A stretch of 64,000 nt of DNA, taken from the NCBI GenBank assembly GCA_040755855.1, contig JBFMAD010000003.1:224001-288000 (forward strand). Reading direction: 5' to 3'. This document shows, piece after piece, positions 60,355-64,000 of the stretch. The stretch comes from Planctomycetota bacterium. GTDB taxonomy: Bacteria; Planctomycetota; Brocadiia; JAADGH01. Position 1 is the first letter of the stretch; each line of letters opens with the position of its first letter. The translations under genes and the position numbers were made by a program. The notes below the pieces were generated by a model, which was given only the letters and a program-made list of their open reading frames with translations, was not told where the DNA came from and searched no databases.

Positions 60355-61592
60355 GGGCCCAAACGCTGCTTCTCTGGCTTGTCTGCATCATCGCCGCCAT
60401 GTTCATTTCCGCCTTCCTGCTGCTCTTCCTGTTCAAGATCAATATCGTCGCCCAGGGATATGGCGAGATCGGCCCTGCCAAGCACGTCAGCATCAAACTT
60501 GAGCCGCAGAGCGTGATTACAGAGATCATCCGACGCAGCGGGTTTGTCAAGGAAGACGAAATCATCCTCCGCATGAATCGGAGCACGGCGGAACGCGAAC
60601 TCGCTCGGGCTGAGAAACAAATCACCGTCTTGGAAGCCCAGCTCGCCGCCCTGAAAACGAAGGCCGCCGAACGGGAGAAACAGGCCAAGGCGAAGATCGC
60701 CAAGGCCCAGGCCGAACTTGCCCATGCGCAGGCCCGCATCGAGGAGCTGAAGAAGTCTCCCCTCGCCGAGGAGATTGCTGCGTCGGAAGAACAGCTCAAA
60801 CAAGAGGAAATCGAGATGCGGGCCGCGAAGACGATCCTCGACGACACTAAAAAGCTCTACGAGCAGGGCCTCGTCTCGAAGGTGGAGCACGACGAGAAGC
60901 AGAAGGAATACGATCTGGGGGTTTCCCAGGTCGAGGAGAAGAGGAACCAGCTCGAGCGCCTTCGCACCAAACTCCGCCGCGACGACCTGGAGCAGGCCAA
61001 GGCGGAGGAGCTCCGCGCCAAGGCCGAGCTGGACCTGGCGAAGATTATTGAGTCGTCCAAAGAGGAAATCAGGGCCCTCGAAGCAGGCATCGAGAAAGCA
61101 AAAATCGAGCGCGACATGTGCGCCCACGACCTGGATCTGCGCGACTTCCGCGCCCCCATCGCCGGCGAACTCGTGGGACTCGATGACATAGCGCCGGGTG
61201 AGCGAATCCTGCCATCCTCCCCCCCTATCGGCGAGATCGTTGACCGCAGCGCGGCGATCTTCAAAGCCATGATTCCAGAGGTCAACATACCCGACGTGCG
61301 CGTGGGACAAAAGGCGATCCTCTACATAGACGCCTATCCCTACCGGAAATTCCGCGAATTCGAAGGGGAGGTCATCGAGATTTCACCCGTCGCACAGCGA
61401 GTGGTCGGCAGGCACGGCAACACACCCGTGTGTGAAGTCTTGATCCGGATGGATACCGTTCCGGGATACGAGTTCAAACCCGGCATGGCGGGCGAGGCGG
61501 AGATCATCGTCGGGCGCGACCGGGCGATCAAATGGATCCTGGGCATCGAGGATGTCCGCCTTCCCGACAGAAAAGAGGGGAGCGAGCGGTGA
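60351..61592 (+). CDS. HlyD-family periplasmic adaptor
   Basis: N-terminal TM segment, long coiled coil, RAPIAGEL, VRVGQKA and KPGMAG. Confidence 0.9.
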   Translation: MRAQTLLLWLVCIIAAMFISAFLLLFLFKINIVAQGYGEIGPAKHVSIKLEPQSVITEIIRRSGFVKEDEIILRMNRSTAERELARAEKQITVLEAQLAALKTKAAEREKQAKAKIAKAQAELAHAQARIEELKKSPLAEEIAASEEQLKQEEIEMRAAKTILDDTKKLYEQGLVSKVEHDEKQKEYDLGVSQVEEKRNQLERLRTKLRRDDLEQAKAEELRAKAELDLAKIIESSKEEIRALEAGIEKAKIERDMCAHDLDLRDFRAPIAGELVGLDDIAPGERILPSSPPIGEIVDRSAAIFKAMIPEVNIPDVRVGQKAILYIDAYPYRKFREFEGEVIEISPVAQRVVGRHGNTPVCEVLIRMDTVPGYEFKPGMAGEAEIIVGRDRAIKWILGIEDVRLPDRKEGSER

Positions 61593-62368
61593 CCTTCGCC
61601 GGCATTGACATCGGCTCCGTGGCCACCAAGGTGGCGCTGGTGAGTAAGAACAGCGATGTTCTGGCCCAGGAGGCTGTAACCACCGGAAGCGCGCCTCGAT
61701 CTGCGGCTGAACAGGTTCTCGAAAGGGCGATGGCCGCCGCCGGCATTTCCCGTGAGGACATTGCGCGCGTCGTGAGCACGGGCTATGGCCGCCGGGCTAT
61801 CGGCTTTGGCAATGGCATTGTGACGGAAATCTCCGCATGTGCGAGGGGTGTTCGCCCCGACGGAGAGTCCCCGGACCGGCTGGTCGCTATTGACCTGGGC
61901 GGGCAGGATACCAAGGTAATCCTCATCGGGCGGGAGGGAGTAGAGGATTTTGCGATGAACGACAAGTGCGCCGCCGGCACGGGACGCTTCCTCGAGACCA
62001 TCGCGCGGGCGCTAAATTTGCGAGTTGAAGAATTGGGCGACCTCTCCCTGCGGGCCGAAAGCCCGGTCAAGATCAACAGCACCTGCGCGGTCTTTGCGGA
62101 AAGCGAGGTCATCTCCCTGTTGGCCCGGGGAATTACGATCGAGGACATTGTCGCGGGCATTCATAATTCCATCGCCGAGCGAATTGCGGGCATGGTCTCG
62201 GGATTCGGGGCCGTGGAACGAGTCGTCTTCTGCGGCGGCGGCGCCCTGAACGCGGGCGTCAGAAAGGCCCTCGAATCCTGCCTGGGCATGGCGGTTGTCG
62301 TCCCCCCTTCCCCCCAGTTTGTGGCGGCCCGAGGGGCCGCGCTGCTTGCTGCGGCCGGCCGCTACTGA
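61589..62368 (+). CDS. Acyl-CoA dehydratase activase (HgdC/BcrA-D family)
   Basis: GIDIGSVATK, TGYGR, DLGGQDTK, NDKCAAGTGRFL and CAVFAESE; GTG start overlaps the upstream stop. Confidence 0.92.
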   Translation: MTFAGIDIGSVATKVALVSKNSDVLAQEAVTTGSAPRSAAEQVLERAMAAAGISREDIARVVSTGYGRRAIGFGNGIVTEISACARGVRPDGESPDRLVAIDLGGQDTKVILIGREGVEDFAMNDKCAAGTGRFLETIARALNLRVEELGDLSLRAESPVKINSTCAVFAESEVISLLARGITIEDIVAGIHNSIAERIAGMVSGFGAVERVVFCGGGALNAGVRKALESCLGMAVVVPPSPQFVAARGAALLAAAGRY

Positions 62369-62485
62369 CATTCCATTCTCCATCTGTAACTTGCCTCCAC
62401 GCTACGGGAGAGTATCCAGTCCTCCTTCGGGGCATGATAACCCGCCAACGGCGCCTGCTGCCCGTTAATTTTTCAGGGAAACAAA

Positions 62486-62534
62486 TTGACAATATGGTTG
62501 CGTCGGTGTATGATTTAGTTAGTATACCTAACTA
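62486..62534 (+). promoter_or_regulatory. Promoter and probable MarR operator
   Basis: TTGACA(62486)-17-TATGAT(62509), followed by palindrome TAGTTAG-N5-CTAACTA (62516-62534). Confidence 0.8.
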
Positions 62535-62567
62535 TTTGGCATACGAATTAAATATTTTGGAGGAACA

Positions 62568-63062
62568 TTGGTGGGTGCAAGAGAAGACCTGGCGGCCCAG
62601 ACCGAGCGAATTGAGTTTATGCTGTCGCAGATTATGCGGGCAATCTTCCGGTTTGACGGGGCGCGAAGGCCCGGCAGGCGCAAGCGATTCGATTTCACAC
62701 TGGCCCAGTTGCGCATCATGCGCATCGTCGCGCACAACGAAGACGGACGGATGAGCGAGCTGGCGAAGGTGGCCGGCGTGTCCATGCCCACGCTCACGGG
62801 GACGGTGGACCGACTGGTCCAGGCCGGCATACTGGCGCGCTACCGCGACCCAAAGGACCGCCGCTCCGTCCGCGTCCGCCTCACGCGCAAGGGAAAGAAC
62901 ATGCGGGAACGGCACAGGCGCATGCGCATCCAAACCATTGCCGCAATGCTGGGGAAACTGCCGCCTGCCGAGCGTTTGGAACTTGCAAGGTCAATGGAAA
63001 AGACGCACCAGATCATCTCAAAGCTTGCGGATGAAAAATCGGTGGCGTGCGCGGCGCGGTGA
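62568..63062 (+). CDS. MarR-family transcriptional regulator
   Basis: TLAQLRIM, MSELA...TLTGTVDRLV and DPKDRRSVRVRLT. Confidence 0.92.
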   Translation: MVGAREDLAAQTERIEFMLSQIMRAIFRFDGARRPGRRKRFDFTLAQLRIMRIVAHNEDGRMSELAKVAGVSMPTLTGTVDRLVQAGILARYRDPKDRRSVRVRLTRKGKNMRERHRRMRIQTIAAMLGKLPPAERLELARSMEKTHQIISKLADEKSVACAAR

Positions 63063-63105
63063 TTATGGAACGGACCTGCTTATGTCTTTGAAGTGAGAAA
63101 CATCC

Positions 63106-64000
63106 ATGCAAAAACCAACCCTTCGGCAATTGCTCATAGGCCAGACGATTCTGATTATAGTCTTGTTGTTGACGATCGGCGTGCTTGCCACGCGACCGTC
63201 CAATAAAGACCAAAAAGGGATGGCGTCGCCCGCGGCTTCAACCCAAGGACCCGGCGGAGCGGCTCGACAAAGGGACGCTTACGCGGGGCGGTCGGAGGCG
63301 GGCAGGGACGCCCCGGGATCAACGAGCATCCCGGTCAACGTCACTCCGGTAGTTCGACGGAACATCAATGCATCTCTGTGGGACAGCACCTGGCTTGAGG
63401 CAGAGACATGCGTCGGCGTGCTGACCAAATCTTCCGGGGAGATCGTCAAACTCAACGTCGAGGAAGGAGACGTCTGCAAAGAAGGCGACGTGCTTGCAGA
63501 GGTCGAAAGCGATAAGGAGCAAGTCGAATACAACAAGGGCAAGGTGGACGTGGAGAACGCAAAAATTGCCATTCGCAACGCCGAAATCGCATTGGAGAAG
63601 GCGAAGGTATCCTATGACAACTGCAAGGCCCTGTATGACCGGGCGGCGAAGATGCATGCGCAGCGCGTCATCAGCTCCGAGGAATACGATGCAAAGAAGG
63701 TGGAGTGCGACAAGGCAAAGGCGGAATACGACAAAGCGGTGCAGGACCTTGAAGCAGCCAAACTTAAATTGTCCACGGAGGAATTGGAGCTGAAGACGGC
63801 GCAGCTGAATCTTGAATATACGAAAATACGGTCCCCGATCTCCGGCATCGTCACGCTCCGCAATATCGAGCGCGGGCAGGTGGTGAACACCAACTACGCC
63901 GCGTTCCAGGTGGCCGACTATGACCCCGTAATCGCCAACATCTCCGTCCCCGAGACGGAGCTGAGCAAGATCCGCATCGGCGGACCGGTCCGCGTTCAGG
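63106..64000 (+). CDS. RND efflux periplasmic adaptor, 3' truncated by the window edge
   Basis: Translated by hand because it has no stop and is absent from the ORF track: MQKPTLRQLLIGQTILIIV...SGEIVKLNVEEGDVCKEGDVLA...IRSPISGIV. Confidence 0.88.
   Translation, partial: MQKPTLRQLLIGQTILIIVLLLTIGVLATRPSNKDQKGMASPAASTQGPGGAARQRDAYAGRSEAGRDAPGSTSIPVNVTPVVRRNINASLWDSTWLEAETCVGVLTKSSGEIVKLNVEEGDVCKEGDVLAEVESDKEQVEYNKGKVDVENAKIAIRNAEIALEKAKVSYDNCKALYDRAAKMHAQRVISSEEYDAKKVECDKAKAEYDKAVQDLEAAKLKLSTEELELKTAQLNLEYTKIRSPISGIVTLRNIERGQVVNTNYAAFQVADYDPVIANISVPETELSKIRIGGPVRVQ

Overview
GC-rich bacterial chromosome segment, probably Planctomycetota/PVC (inferred from two LEPR-XLL-type surface proteins, a VWA-TPR-ExbB-ExbD cluster, a Tat sulfatase and polysaccharide-active enzymes). 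The backbone carries a PAS kinase/NarL pair, an RRE(PqqD)-FtsX-ABC operon, a B12/radical SAM enzyme, a CHASE2 cyclase, a sigma-54 activator, a stand-alone rplC, queC-DUF366-queE, two CoA-activases, an orphan BMC-T shell gene, tRNA-Arg(UCG), tRNA-Leu(GAG) and export pumps. Two accessory TA/defence islets are present: HigB, HigA-ImmA, beta-family and sce7726-like genes at the left edge, and AbiEi/AbiEii preceded by four covarying 48-bp palindromes plus a small HEXXH gene. There are also two nested MITE-like elements and dispersed REP-like palindromes. Best leads: the AbiE palindrome array, the sigma-54/LEPR-XLL/ExbBD locus, the RRE-exporter operon, the beta/sce7726 module and a DDE-less IS1595-domain fusion. 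All family calls come from motif recognition by eye; no database searches were run.
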